Below are positions 1 to 14,219 of a stretch of 64,000 nucleotides of DNA, piece by piece. The notes beneath the pieces were generated by a model, which saw only the letters and a program-made list of their open reading frames with translations, was not told where the DNA came from and did not search any database. The translations under genes were made by a program, and so were the position numbers. The first letter of the stretch is position 1, and each line of letters starts with the position of its first letter. Source of the DNA: Lingula anatina (lineage: Eukaryota > Animalia > Brachiopoda); assembly GCA_051362555.1 (NCBI GenBank), contig CM120646.1:21824001-21888000 (forward strand), written 5' to 3'.

Positions 1-555
1 CACAAGTGATCTTACACAATCTTCATCATTACAGCAGTAGTCTTAAAATGGACTGAATCTGCTTTTAAGATCGAAAATGATCTAACATCTACTTAAGTGG
101 TCAAGCAGTTTCCTCCCCTCACAGTGGGGGATACCTCCCCTCACAATAGAGGACACCTCTGCTCATAATAGGAGAATGTGTTAGGGGAGACAGCTTAATT
201 GGCTGTCAGACTAGAAATAGTCTTACTCATGTTTTAAGTGATAGATACAATACGAGTCGCCGAACTGTACGTGAAATATTACGAGTGTATTGGCGAGCCG
301 CAGGCGAGAAATATTACGAGTATATTTTCATGTACAGCTCGGCAACGAGTGTTATATCTGGCTTAAACACGGCCACTGATTGGCTACTACACTAGTAGTG
401 GAACAGACGGTGGAACGCACTCGTACATGACGTGCTTGTCTGTCGAATACAGCATGGCCGAGTCTTTTGTTCTACGTGCTAGCCGTGGTTTAAGATCATG
501 TAAGACTATTTGTGTTCTTAAATTGCACTTTAAGACTAAATTAAACCCACTAGTG
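1..555 (+). mobile_element. CACTA-type MITE (left end outside window), interrupted by a Crypton-like insert
   Basis: Ends ...aaacccactagtg at 555. The body aligns with the complete copies at 20735-21700 (same strand) and 17930-19775 (opposite strand). Confidence 0.75.
234..493. mobile_element. Crypton-like non-autonomous element
   Basis: Two abutting inverted-repeat pairs share a central TTAA: ttaagtgatagatac..ctgtacgtgaaatat / atattttcatgtacag..tatctggcttaa, and ttaaacacggc / gccgtggtttaa. Central gcgagccgcaggcgag. The segment is absent from the other CACTA MITE copies. Confidence 0.5.
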
Positions 556-1000
556 CTTGGCACTGTTAAAGTCACAAAAATTATCTGTAGAATTATATAT
601 TCCAAATGTAATATAATTATTGTGAAAATGGTATCCAGAGTAAGTAGATGAATGTGTGTATTTTTCAGTATTGCTTATTACATTCTAACAAATCTGTAAC
701 AAGCGTGACAGATACAAAAGAAGGTATGAAATCTTAGAAATCATCATATTCAGTCTATAACCAAAAATATATACCTTGTCTTATGCTGTGATTTATGAGA
801 CTGACCACATATTATATAATATTGAAATGTAATATGGCTTACTGATTTGAACATTCAGAAAATGATTATGTGCATGAGTACAGTAAGTGTAAGATATAGT
901 TTAGTCTTGGGTGTCTTTCATGATAATTTTTATGTACAGACACATGTGTCTGTACATAAAGCTGTTACCTGCGTCTGCTGACACCTTGCACTTTCACCAA

Positions 1001-1417
1001 CATGGGCGTAACTAGGCATACGCACGGATGCACTGTGCGTACAATTTTTTGGCCAACCATGATATTATTTTATATAAATTTATTGTATTTTTCACGGAAT
1101 ATAAAAGAAAAGCCTCTGCTTATTAAAGTCACCTGTATGTACAAATCCTCTGTATCAATTGTATAGGCACAATTGTTCTGACTCCCCCCCCCCCCCCCCC
1201 CCCCGCCCCCCCCGTTCTGGGTAATAAGAATATTGGAACTTTTTTAACTGCGAGAATATTTCTGACTAAATGATGATTTTATTAATGGAAATTAAGCTGC
1301 GATGTGTGGTACATATGCTGTAATTACGCTGTCCTTCATCTCTTGCGTTAGTCTACATTTTGCTGGGAATTTTAAAAATCTGTGCGTACAATTTTTAAAG
1401 GTCTGGTTACGCCCCTG
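1001..1417. mobile_element. hAT-like MITE
   Basis: Termini catgggcgtaactag / ctggttacgcccctg with an internal poly-C run. It interrupts the Helentron core (ctttcaccaa|...|accaataacac; partial TSD ACCAA). Confidence 0.6.
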
Positions 1418-2509
1418 ACCAATAACACAATTAGTGGAAAACCATTTTACCTTTTGGCTTTAAACTAACAGGACTGATAAATATTCATTATATGCAGGCC
1501 AAGCTCGAAAATCAGCATGATCAGGCCATTTTTATGGAAGTTATGCTGTTTTTTCACTTTTTTAGCATATGTGCAAAACCCATAACACGATAAGTGAAAA
1601 ACTGTTTTACCTTTTGGCTTGAAACTTATAGTACAGAACTGATGAGTATTCATAATACGCAGGTCAAGTTCGAAAGTTTTGGTGAAGATATGCCTTTTTT
1701 TTTTTTTTTTTTTTTTTGTAAAAGTTTTTTTTTCCTCAGATTTAATTCTAAGGCATGTTAACAATCTCACTTTTGAACTAATTAGATATATAAAGGTATT
1801 CTTTTGACATTTTCTGCATCATAACAATATTGTAAGTTGATTATATAAAAATGATTAGTAAACCTGTTATTGTATATTTTGTAATAAAGTGTCAAAATGG
1901 AAATAAACTCATATCTTTACAGTTTGTCAGATGTTCAGAATCTCAGAATGGAGCAAATTGGACATTTAAAATTGTTCTATTGATATTTTTCCTATGTCAA
2001 CAATTTTGTTAGTTGAGCATTTAAAAATTACAATAAATTGATTATTTTATTTTATTGAAAAAATGTTGAAAATGGAAAGAAAATCATTTCACTACAGTTA
2101 TTTCTTGTTTACATTTTGGCATTTTGAAGGTGTGACTGAAATTCCATGGCCTTGAAGACCTTGCCATGTCACATTTTCTGAATATCCATGATACTTTTAT
2201 TTTATTTTTAAAAATTGATGGTCATTATGCTGTTAAGCATTATGTAATATTGCATCAAAATTGAAGACAACCCTATTTTGGGCACTGCCTCCATAGTGAT
2301 CATTAAAGGAAAACCATGTCACTTACTTTTCTCAAACTTATAGAAAAGTAGCATAGGACTTATAAATAGCTTCAGTAGGAAAATCTGTCTAATCGGTTAA
2401 CTTTTCTGGAAATATTATAGTTTATTATAAGAATTATAATTTTCACATATCGACATTTTCAAGGTGTGACTTTGAACTTCTACTGTCTTGAAGACTTTTA
2501 CTTTATTAT

Positions 2510-3210
2510 TTCAGTCACAATAAATCTTTATTTTGGCCAGAAATTGGATTTTCCTGGAGTAAATGGCAATTTTCCCCTACTTACCAATGGTCAACGACCC
2601 CATTCCTGATTTATAGTTAGTCCGGGGTATTTTTTTCCTAAAAGTTTGTTATTTTTTTCCTTTTTTATTTTTGTTAAAATCTCTTAAGAGTCTTTAACAG
2701 ACAGAGCCCTCTCTGACACTGCATAGTCATGTGATATCGAGCAAGATTTTCTGGTATCCTACTTCAATCTGCTGGAAAAGCAGACAACAACAACATTATG
2801 TAACAATAATATAAGATTCATAAGATATATTCGTCTTATTGCTCAAAATGCATTTATATCTGCAACATGTGCAGTTCTGGGCTTTTCGTTATCCAACGCT
2901 CTGTACAAAAACTTGCAACTTGTGTCTGAGGATTGCATCACACGTCTGCCTTCTTATGCCGCCTTGTGTTATTTTGGTCTCGAATGAACTTGAGAATCCG
3001 CATGACACCCCAACGTCATTGGCTACGGATGCCTTGACGGCTGGGAAGAAAGACATTGAAAGCCTTATTATATATTGACAAGCACAGATTATAGTTTTAC
3101 TACAATAACAGCTGTTTTAGTGGTAATATGCAATTTAATATATTTCCATGCATTGTTTACAATGTATTTCTTGAGAAATTTTGAATCTCAAAAGAAGAGT
3201 TATTATTGCT
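2510..3210. mobile_element. Kolobok-like non-autonomous element (left end degraded)
   Basis: Right end gaagagttattattgct-TTAA. The body (ttttggccagaaa..., aaaatctcttaagag) is shared with 12528-12740, 43217-44494 and 62980-63200. Confidence 0.5.
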
Positions 3211-3306
3211 TTAAAAATTGGTCATTATGCTGTTAAGCATAATGTTATATTGCATAAAAGTTGAAGAAAAACCTATTTTGGACACTGCTGCCAGGATGAC
3301 CATTAA

Positions 3307-3517
3307 AACCCCCTTTACACTGGACTGCGTCCTTTGTGCGATCATGAAATCGGCATTGCTGTGGTTGTAAAAAGGAGGCACAAGCATCACTTTGGTTGCA
3401 GAATGAATGCTCAATGATCGGCCAGTTGTCAGCACATAATATATTATTATTTTTAACTCTTAAAGCGGGTCCGCACTACGGGACGCAGAAAGGACGCCAT
3501 CCAGTGTAAAGGGGGCT
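3307..3517. mobile_element. PIF/Harbinger-type MITE
   Basis: TIR aaccccctttacactgga..gcgtcc / ggacgc..tccagtgtaaagggggct with TAA TSD. It interrupts the host motif gaccattaagggaaaacc. Confidence 0.75.
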
Positions 3518-4142
3518 TAAGGGAAAACCATGTTACTTATGATACTTAAACTTACTGAAAAGTTTCATAGGACTGAAGTGCAGCTTGTTGGAAAATCAAT
3601 GCAATTGTTTTCTGTTTTGGAAGCAGTGCAGTTCTATAGAGTGCTATATGGGGCTACTGTAGATGGATGGTGGTCAGTATGTAATTGTCCCTTGGGTAAT
3701 CACTAGCTAGATTAAGGGCTATTATGTCACTTGCCTTATTAACTTTCAAGTGGCCACTAAATGAGATTACATAAAACACACATTGAGATTTCCCTGGAAA
3801 GTCACATAGGTTTAGCTTTCTTAACTGTGTCACATAATTAGGAATCGGTGATAATTATTCAGGTAAATGTTGTTTAATATTGCAAACAAGTTTACAAAAG
3901 AAAAAAAAATTGTGTAACACCAACATTAATGCTATAGATGAATAACAGTGCCTTATTATTCTCAAACTCAATGGGGTTATTTGTATGTTAATTCAGCTAG
4001 ATTAAAAGTTTGAATAGCAGCTTTATTGGAATTCTTTGTTATGTTTTATTTTTTATTTTTTATGTACAGACACAGATGTGTCTGTACATATAGCAATCAT
4101 CTGCGTCTGTCGTCGCCGTCGTCGCCGTCGCCGTGCACTTTT

Positions 4143-5180
4143 ACCGATAACACGATAAGTGGAAAACCATTTTACCTTTTGACTTGAAACTTGCAGAACT
4201 GATGAATATTCATAATACGCAGGTCAAGTTTGAAAATCAGCATGATCGGGTCACTTTTAGGGAATTTATGCAGTTTTTTCACTTTTTTCAGCATATATGC
4301 AGCACCGATAACACGATAAGTAGAAAACCATTTTACCTTTTGACTTGAAACTTACAGAACTGATGAATATTCATAATACGCAGGTTAAGTTCGAAAATCA
4401 GCATGATCAGGTCACTTTTAGGGAATTTATGCTGTTTTTATGTACAGACACAGATGTGTCTGTACATATAGCCGTCATCTGCATCTGTCGTCGCCGTCGC
4501 CGTCGTTGCCGTCGTCGCCGTGCACTTTTACCGATAACACGATAAGTGGAAAACTGTTTTTTCTTTTTGTTTGAAACTTACAGAAATGATGAATATTCAT
4601 AATACGCAGGTCGAGTTCGAAAATCAGCATGATCGGGTCACTTATATGGAATTTATGCTGTTTTTTCACTTTTTTCAGCATATATGCAGCACCGATAACA
4701 CGATAAGTGGAAAACCATTTTACCTTTTGGCTTGAAACTTACAGAACTGATGAATATACATAATACGGAGATCAAGTTCGAAAATCAGCGTGATTGGGTC
4801 ATTTTTAGTGAATTTAGGCTATTTTTTCTCGTCTTTCAGCATATGTGCAGCACCGATAACACGATAAGTGGAAAACCATTTTACCTTTTGGCTTGAAACT
4901 TACAGAACTGATAAATATTTATAATACGCAGGTCAAGTTCGAAAATCAGCACGATCGGGTCACTTATAGGGAATTTATGCTGTTTTTTCACTTTTTTCAG
5001 TATATTTGCAACACTGATAACACAATATAAGAAAAACAGATTGGCCAATTGTCATTATACTCACAGGAGGGGCCAATCTTACTAAAACGCAGGTTGAGTT
5101 TGAAAATCAGCATAATCAGTTCATTATTTTAGAAGTTATGCTGTTTTTTCACATTTCCTCACATTCAATTCTTAGGCATG
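4143..5180 (+). repeat. ~161-bp Helentron core tandem repeat
   Basis: accgataacacgataagt recurs at 4143, 4304, 4530, 4691 and 4852. Further arrays at ~7870-8340, ~10300-10900, ~45880-46800, ~50045-50500, ~53165-53460 and ~60200-60660. Confidence 0.85.
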
Positions 5181-7047
5181 TTAACAGTCTCATTATTGAA
5201 CTAATAAGATACGTTAAAGTGTTTGTTTGACATTTCCTGCATCTTTACAACATTGTTAGTTGATTTTTTAAAAATGATGGTAAACTTGTTATCATGTATT
5301 GTGTAATAAAGTGTCAAAAATGGAAATAAACTCATATCATTGCAGTTTGTCAGATGCATTCATCCACTATGTTCAGAATCTCAGAATGGAGGAAGTTGGA
5401 CATTTAACACTGTTCTATTGATACTTTTCCCATCTCATCAATTTTCTTCATTGGTCATATAAAAATGGCAGTAAACTGTTTATTTTGTTTTATGTTAAAA
5501 AAGTGTTAAAAATGGAAATAAACCCATTTCAGAACAGTGCTGTCTTGTTTACATTTTGGCATTTTCAATATGTGACTTTGAAGTTCCATGGGCCTGAAGA
5601 CTTTTGCTTGTCACATTTTCTGAATAACCATGATACTAATATTTTATAATTACAAATTGATGGTCATTATGCTGTAAAACATTATGTAATATTCTATCAA
5701 AATTTGAAGAAACCCCTATTTTGGGCACTGCTCCCATGATGACCATTTAAGGAAAATCATGTCACTTACTGTTCTCAAACTTACAGGAAAGAAACATGGG
5801 ACTAAAATACAGCTTCAGTAGGCAATGCAGTCTGTTTGGTAAATTTTTCTGGCAATTAAACAGTTTTTTGTGAAAATTTAATTTTTCACATATTGGCATT
5901 TCCAAGGTGTGAATTAGAACCTCCACGGGCTTGAAGACCCATGCTAGTCACATTTTGTGAAAATTCATGACACTTATATTTTATTAATAAAAATCGATGG
6001 TCATTATGCTGTTAAGCATTATGTAATGTTGCATCAAAATAGAAGAAAACACAATTTTTGGTGCTGCTGCCTTGATGACCATTATGGGAAAACCGTGTTA
6101 CTTATGACTGTCAAACTTTCAAAAAAGAAACACAGGACTAAAATGCAGCCTGAGTTAGAAAAACAGTCTAATTGGCTTCTTTTTCTGGAAGTTATACATT
6201 TTAGTGTAATATTCATTATCTTTTTGGCATATTCATTGTGGGACTCGGAGCTCCCATGGACATGAAGCCAAATGGTAATCATATTTTCTACATGTCCATC
6301 CTATTTATATTCAATAAACAAAAATTGGTGATAATTATTCTCTAATTTATTATGTAATGTTACATCAAAATTGACAACAATCTTTTTGCACTGCTACTGC
6401 AAACATTATGAAAAGAAAACTGTGCCACTTATTATAATTTTAACCTTACAAGTACGATTTTTAGGATTGGCCTTCAGCTCATGAGAAAACCAGCTCTATT
6501 GGATTATCATGTTTATTGTATTTATGCATTTTTTGTGAAATTTTCATTTTTCTCATTCTGGCACTTTCTAAGTATAAACTTGAACTCTGATGGGCCTGGA
6601 GCCTTATGCTTTTACTTTCGTCTGTGTGACCTGTTGTGCATAAGTTGATGTTGACTGTGCAGTTAAACATAATGTATTATTGCATCAGGATTGGTAGTCT
6701 CCTATTTTGGGCATTATGGTTTTGTGCTTTTCTTAAGGTGTGACTTATGGGCCTGAAGACCTTTGAGTGGGTCAGTCTGTAAATTACCCTTGGGTATCAC
6801 TAGATTAATTTCAGAGTTATAAAGTCATTTGCTTTAATAGGCCATTAAATGAGATTACGTAAAGCACACTCGTTGATATTTCCCTGTAAACTCCCAAAGG
6901 TAAAGCTCTCTGCTAGATTAATAATAAGGAAGCAGTGATAATTATGCAGGTAAATTTTGTTTAATATTGCAAATAAGTTTTAAATATATATATATATATC
7001 AAACTGGAAGATTAAAAGTTTGAATAGCATCTTCATTGGAATTATAT

Positions 7048-7284
7048 TTACCTCAAGCTCTGCCAAGGAGGTTATATTTTCACCCCTGTTTGTCTGTCAT
7101 CCACATAACACAAAAAAGTTATGGACCGATTTTGCAGAAATTTTCAGGAACTGTCGGAAGTGGGCCAAAGAGGACAATGATTAATTTTTGGTGGTGGTCC
7201 GGATCAATAATCAATCAATTATCAATAATAATCAACAATTGCTGCCTTGGCAGAGGTCTGCACTCTCAAAGTGCTTTTCTAGTT
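7048..7284 (+). mobile_element. Second, short HINE-type (Helentron) family
   Basis: ttacctc..tgccaaggaggttat ... gccttggcagaggt + ctgcactctcaaagtgc hairpin + ttttctagtt. A second copy sits at ~49411-49596 in the same host position. Confidence 0.65.
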
Positions 7285-7515
7285 TTGTTGTTTTCCTTTA
7301 TAATTTTTTCTCAAACACTTGCATTTGTGACTTTTAACTCTCATCTGCCTGGGGCTCTGCACATTTTCTGTATTTCTACATAAGCAGTTGTATTGTTTTT
7401 TATGTCTTTAAACATTATGTAATATTATTTTATGCACTGTCATCATTTTTCAAATATTGAGACTTTCATAATGTGAATTTGAACTCTTATGGTCCTGAAA
7501 CTGTAATCTTATTGA

Positions 7516-7681
7516 AGGGGTGGATTGAGACCATCTTCTGGGTCTTCCGGAAGACAGTCAGGTTATTAAGTTTATATTGACTGGTATCTATTTTTTTCTG
7601 TTGGAAGACCATCAAAATGGAGGATGGATCAACATAGATACTTTGTAATACTGTCAGAAAATATCTCTGGGTCTGCTCCTG
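7516..7681. mobile_element. Degenerate hAT-like MITE
   Basis: aggggtggatt ... gggtctgctcctg flanked by TTATTGA(C) direct repeats. Uninterrupted host copies read aatcttattgaccatg. Confidence 0.55.
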
Positions 7682-8718
7682 TTATTGACCATGTTACCTG
7701 TTGTGCAAGATTAAAATTCAGTGTTGACTGACAGTGCTATTATAAGCATTATTTATTATTGCATCAAAATTGACAAAATGACCTTTTTTGCATCTTTATT
7801 TTCTGTTTTTTGTCTGTACATTTGACAGCTTTGCTGCCTTGTTTCACTTTTTTCAGCATATATGCAGCACTGATAACACGATAAGTGGAAAACCATTTTA
7901 CCTTTTGACTTGAAACTTACAGAACTGATGAATATTCATAATACGCAGGTCAAGTTCGAAAATCAGCATGATCGGGTCACTTTTAGGGAATTTATGCTGT
8001 TTTTTTTCACTTTTTTCAGCATATATGCAGCACCGATAACACGATAAGTGGAAAACCATTTTACCTTTTGACTTGAAACTTACAGAACTGATGAATATTT
8101 ATAATCTGCAGGTCAAGTTCGAAAATCAGCATGATTGGGCTATTTTGAGGGAATTTATGCTGTTTTTTCACTATTTTCAATATAAATGCAACACTGATAA
8201 CACAATATAAGAAAAATGGATTGGCCAATTGTAATTATACTCACAGGAGTGGTCAATCTTACTAAAACGCAGGTTGAGTTCGAAAATCAGCATAATCGGG
8301 CCATTATTTTAGAAGTTATGCTGTTTTTTTCACATTTCCTCAGATTCAATTCTTAAGCATGTTAACAGTCTCATTATTTAACTAATAAGATGCCTAAATG
8401 CCTATTTCCTGCATCTTTACAACATTGTTAGTTGATTATGTAAAAAAACATGGTAAACTTGTTATCGTGTATTGTGTAATATAGTGTCAAAAATGGAAAT
8501 AAACTCATATCATTGCATGTTCAGAATCTCAGAATGGAGGAAATTGGACATTTAACACTGTTCTATTGATATTTTTCCCATCTCATCAATTTTCTTAGTT
8601 GGTCATATAAAAATGGCAACAAACTGTTTATTTTGTTTTATGTTAAAAAATGTTAAAAATGGAAATAAACCCATTTCAGAACAGTGCTGTCTTGTTTACA
8701 TTTTGGCATTTTTAAGAT

Positions 8719-10060
8719 GTGACTTTGAAGTTCCATGAGCCTGCAGACCTTTGCTAGTCACGTTTTCTGAATATCCATGATACTAATATTTTATTATTAA
8801 AAATTGATGGTCATTATGCTGTTAAACATTATGTAATATTGCGTCAAAATTTGAAGAAACCCCTATTTTGGGCACTGCTCTCATGATGACCATTTAAGAA
8901 AAACCATGTCACTTACTGTTTTCAAACTTATAGGAAAGACATGGGGCTAAAATACAGCTTCAGTAGGCAATGCAGTCTGTTTGGTAATTTTTTCTGGCAG
9001 TTAAACAGTTTTTTGTGAAAATTTAATTTTTCACATATTGGCATTTTCAAGGTGTGACTTTGAAGTTCCATGAGCCTGCAGACCTTTGCTAGTCACGTTT
9101 TCTGAATATCCATGATACTAATATTTTATTATTAAAAATTGATGGTCATTATGCTGTTAAACATTATGTAATATTGCGTCAAAATTTGAAGAAACCCCTA
9201 TTTTGGGCACTGCTCTCATGATGACCATTTAAGAAAAACCATGTCACTTACTGTTTTCAAACTTATAGGAAAGACACATGGGGCTAAAATACAGATTCAG
9301 TAGGAAATGCAGTCTGTTTGGTAATTTTGTCTGGCAGTTAAACAGTTTTTTGTGAAAATTTAATTTTTCACATATTGGCATTTTCAAGGTGTGACTTTGA
9401 AGTTCCATGAGCCTGCAGACCTTTGCTAGTCATGTTTTCTGAATGTTCATGTGACTAATATTCCATTATTAAAAATTGATGGTCATTATGCTGTTAAACA
9501 TTATGTAATATTGCATCAAAATTTGAAGAAACCCCTATTTTGGGCATTGCTCTCATGATGACCATTTAACAAAAATCATGTCAATTACTGTTCTCAAACT
9601 TACAGGAGAGAAACATGGGTCTAAAATACAGCTTCAGTAGGCAATGCTGTCTGTTTGTTAATTTTTTCTGGCAGTTAAACAGTTATTTGTGAAAATTTAA
9701 TTTTTCACTTATTGGCATTTTCAAGGTGTGACTTTGAAGTTCCAAGATCCTGAAGACCTTTGCTTGTCACGTTTTCTGAATGTCCATGTTACTAATATTC
9801 TATTATTAAAAATTGATGGTCATTATACTGTTAAGCATTATGTAATGTTGCATCAAAATAGAAGAAAACACAATTTTTGGTGCTGCTGCCATGATGACCA
9901 TTATGGGAAAACCTTGTTATGACTGTCAAACCTTTAAAGAAGAAACACAGGACTAAAATGCAGAATGAGTTGGAAAAGCAGTCTAATTGGCTTCTTTCTA
10001 TGGAAGTTATACATTTGAGTGAAATATTCATTATCTTTTTGGCATATTCATTGTGGGACT
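8719..10060 (+). repeat. ~336-bp tandem repeat x4 within the Helentron body
   Basis: gtgactttgaagttcca starts at 8719, 9054, 9391 and 9728. Confidence 0.85.
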
Positions 10061-12939
10061 CGGAGCTCCCATGGACATGAAGCCGAATGGTGATCAAATT
10101 TTCTACATGTCCATGCTATTTATTGTCAATAATCAAAAATTGGTGATAATTATTCTATAATTTATTATGTAATGTTACATCAAAATTGACAACAATATTT
10201 TTGCATTGCTACTGCAAACATTATGAAAAGAAAACTGTGTTACTTATTATTATTTTTAACTTACAAGTATGATTTTTATGTACAGACGCCGTGCACTTTT
10301 ACCGATAACACGATAAGTGGAAAACCATTTTGCCTTTTGATTTGAAACTTGCAGTACTGATGAATATTCATAATACGCAGGTCAAGTTCGAAAATCAGCA
10401 TGATCGGGTCACTCTTAGGGAATTTATGCTGTTTTTTCACTTTTTTCAACATAACTGATCAATATTGTTCATAGCACCGATAACACGATAAGTGGAAAAC
10501 CATTGTACCTTTTGACTTGAAACTTACAGAACTGATGAATATTCATAATATGCAGGTCAAGTTTGAAAATCAGCAAGATCGGGCAATTTTTATGGAAGTT
10601 ATCCTGTTTTTTTTTTTTTTTTTTTTTTTTTCAATTTTTTCAGCACTTTTGTAACACCGATAACTTGATAAGTGTAAAAATGTTTTTCCTTTTGGATTGA
10701 AATTTACAGAACTGGTGAATATTTATAATACGCAGGTCAAGTTTGAAAATTGGCGTGATTGGACTATTTTAACAAAAGTAATGCTGTTTTTTTCCTTTAT
10801 TCAGCATACATGCAACACTGATAACGCATTTTAAGGAAAACCAATCAGCCTTTTGTCTTGCAACTCACAGGAGTGATCAATCTGACCAGTATACAGATCA
10901 AGTTTGAAAATAAGCTTGATCAGTTAAGTTTTGATGAAGTTATTAGCCTTTTTGTATATAAGTGGTTTTTTCTTCAGATTTAATTCTTAAGCATGTTAAC
11001 AGTCTCATTACGGAACTAATTGGATATGTAAAAGTGTTGTTTTAACATTTTCTGCTTCTTAACAATATTGTTAGTTGATTATATAAAAATGACGGTAAAC
11101 CTATTATAGTGCATTGTGTAATAAAGTATCAAAAATGGAAAGGAACTCATCATTGCAGTTTGTCAGATCCAATCATTCACTATGTTCAGAATCTGTGAAT
11201 GGAGCAAATTGGACATTTAAAATTGTTCTATTGATATTTTTCCTATGTGAACAATTTTCCTAGATGATCATTTAAAAATGACAGTAAATTGATTATTTTG
11301 TTTTATGTAAAAAGGTGTTGAAAATGGAAAGAAAATCATTTCAGTACAGTTATCTCTTGTTTACATTTTGGCATTTTGAATGTGTGACTCTGAACTTCCA
11401 TGGTCTTGAAGACCTTCCCAAATCACATTTTCTGAATATCCATGATACTTTTATATTTTTTTTTTATAAAAAAAATTGATGGTCATTAAGCTGTAAAGTA
11501 TTATGTTATATTGCATGAAAGTTGAAGAAACCCATATTTTGGACACTGCTGCCAGGATAGCGATTAAGGGAAAACCATGTTACTTATGATACTCAAATTT
11601 ACTGAAAAGTTCCTAAGACTGAAGTGCAGCTTGTGTTGGAAAACCATTGTGATTGTTTTCTGTTTTGGAAGCAATGCAGTAGAGTGCTATTTGGTGCAGT
11701 TCTATAGAGTGAACTATGGTGCAATAAATGTATATGGATAGTAGGCAGTTAATTCAGGGTTATAAAGTAATTTGCTTAATTGATTTTCAAGTTATTTCAG
11801 GGTTATAAAATAATTTGCTTAATTGATTTTCAAGTGGCCATTAAATGAGATTACATAAACACACATTGAGATCTCATTGTAAAGTCCCATAGGTTTAGCT
11901 CTCTTAACTGTGTCACATAATTAGGAATCGATTATTATTATGCAGGTAAATGTTATTTAATATTGAAAATAAGTTTACAAAAGAAAAATTTTGTGTAACG
12001 CTTATATTAATGCTAAAGATGAATAACAGTGCCTTATTATTCTCAAACTCAATAGGGTTATTCATATCATGTTAGTAATTGTACAGCTAGATTAAAAGTT
12101 TGAATAGCAGCTTTATTGGTATTTTTTGTTGTTTTATTTTAAATTTTCTTTTAATTTTTTTTTCAAACACTAGCATCTTCAAGATGACACTTTCAACTGT
12201 CATCCACCAGAAGCGCTGTGTATTTTGTTTTTCCACATTAGCAGTTGTGTTGGTTTTTATGTCTTTAAACATTGAGTAATATTATTTTATGCACTGTCAT
12301 CATTTTTCACATATAGGGATTTTCATTGTGTGAATTTGAACTCTCACATATGGTCCTGAAACTGAATCTTATTGACCATGTTATTCTGTTGTATATATTT
12401 TTGAAATTTTTATCTTTTACCTACTGGCATTTTCAGTGTGTGACTTATAACTCCCAAGGGTATGTAACAGTTCACTTTTATTGATACTACCTGTTGTGCA
12501 ATATTTGCAACTTGACTTTACAGTTAAAGGGATAATAACTGTTCTTTTTTGGCAAATAATTTTTTTTCTAAAAAGTTTTTTTTTTTTGTTAAAATCTCTT
12601 AAGAAATTATTACAAAGTATAGCCACCTATGGAGGTCACATGGTCTGATGACAAGTTCAGATATCAGAATAATAGCTATGACTGCCCTTTTTGTGGTAAA
12701 ACAAAATATATTATATTTCTGTGACTTGTTTACACTGTTTAAACTGAAGTTGGATGATTCATATCATGGTTATGCAGCTAGACTGAATTGAGCTTTAGTG
12801 GAATATTTTTGTAATTTTTTCTTTAATTTTTAATTTTTCAAACTGGCATTTTCAAGATGTGACTTATCACTCCCATCCACCAGGAGCCCTGTACTGTAAC
12901 TTTGTAACACTTTCTGTATTTTTTTAACTTACAAGTATG

Positions 12940-13045
<106 letters not shown>

Positions 13046-13130
13046 GAGTTTAAGCAATGAGTTTAAGAAATTTTCACTTTATCTCATTCTGGCATTTCCA
13101 AAGTTTAACTCTTATCACCCTCAAGCCTTA

Positions 13131-13350
13131 GGGACTATTTCCAGACCCTATCACGCAAACTGTGGATCAATGTATCTCCAAGGGAATTCTCGCTAAATTG
13201 CAATCAATGTAAGTGGCTTAGCTGTCTGTCACGCCTACTGAAACTGGCATGCCAGAATCCTAAGCCGCTTAAACTGAAAGCAATTTAGTGAGAAACCCCT
13301 TGGAGTTGGATTGATCCTGTTAGATTGATCTAGGTATGGGAACTCAGTCT
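13131..13350. mobile_element. Harbinger-like MITE
   Basis: gggactatttccaga ... tatgggaactcagtc flanked by TTA/TAA. A related copy lies at ~28131-28409. Confidence 0.5.
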
Positions 13351-13970
13351 AATGCTTGTTACACATTTTACTTTCGTCCTAATTCAATGTTATGCAGAAT
13401 TAGAATTTGATGTTGGCTATGCAGTTACAGTAAGCATAATACATTAATGCATCAAAATTGACAGTATCCTATTTCCTGCGCTTTTTTTCTGTTTTTTGTC
13501 TGTACATTTGACAGCTTTGCTGCCTTGTTTTCATTATTTTTTCAAACGCTAGCATCTTCAAGATGTGACTTTTAACTCCCATTCACCAGAAGTTCTGTGC
13601 ATTTTCTGTATTTCCACATGAGCAGTTGTATTGGTTTTTATGTCTTTAAACATTATGTAATATTATTTTATGCACTGTCATCATTTTTCACATATTGGGA
13701 TTTTCTTTATGTGAATTTGAACTCTCATATATGGTCCTGAAACTGTAATCTTATTGACCATGTTACCTGTTGTGCATGATTAAATTTTAGTGTTGACTGT
13801 GCTGATATAAGCATTATTTATTATTGTATCAAAATTGACAGAATGACCTATTTTCTGCATCTTCATTTTCTGCTTTTTGTCTGTACATTTGACAGCTTTG
13901 CTGCCTTGTTTTTCATTGCATTGACAATGCCATTTTGAAGTAAAGATTAGGATCTGCATTATTAATATAG

Positions 13971-14219
13971 GTTATGCAGCAATAGATGAGATTTCAAATG
14001 ATACCCAGTTGCAAGTAGGAGATGCCTTTACATTGGTCTGCAATGTATCCGGGAATCCTACACCAAATGTGACGTGGGTGAAGGATGGCACTGTAAAGTC
14101 TACCACATATCAACTTCAACTACTGCATGTTACTGAGCAAGATGAAGGTTGCTATATGTGCATAACAACTATTGATAGTGCAGTCACTGCAAATAGAACA
14201 GTGTGTATACATGTTCAAG
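13971..14219 (+). CDS. Gene A exon: membrane-proximal extracellular Ig (I/C2-set) domain
   Basis: tag|GT...CAAG|gtaaa, 249 nt, phase 1-1. Translation includes FTLVCNVSGNPTPNVTWVKDG...DEGCYMC (canonical C-W-C) and several N-x-S/T sequons. Confidence 0.9.

Noticed and set aside
4143-10060. CRISPR-like or coding tandem array
   Set aside because: Eukaryotic context, contiguous 161/336-bp units without unique spacers, and no cas genes. The ORFs here (for example 4345, 5957, 9728) are chance frames recurring with the repeat.
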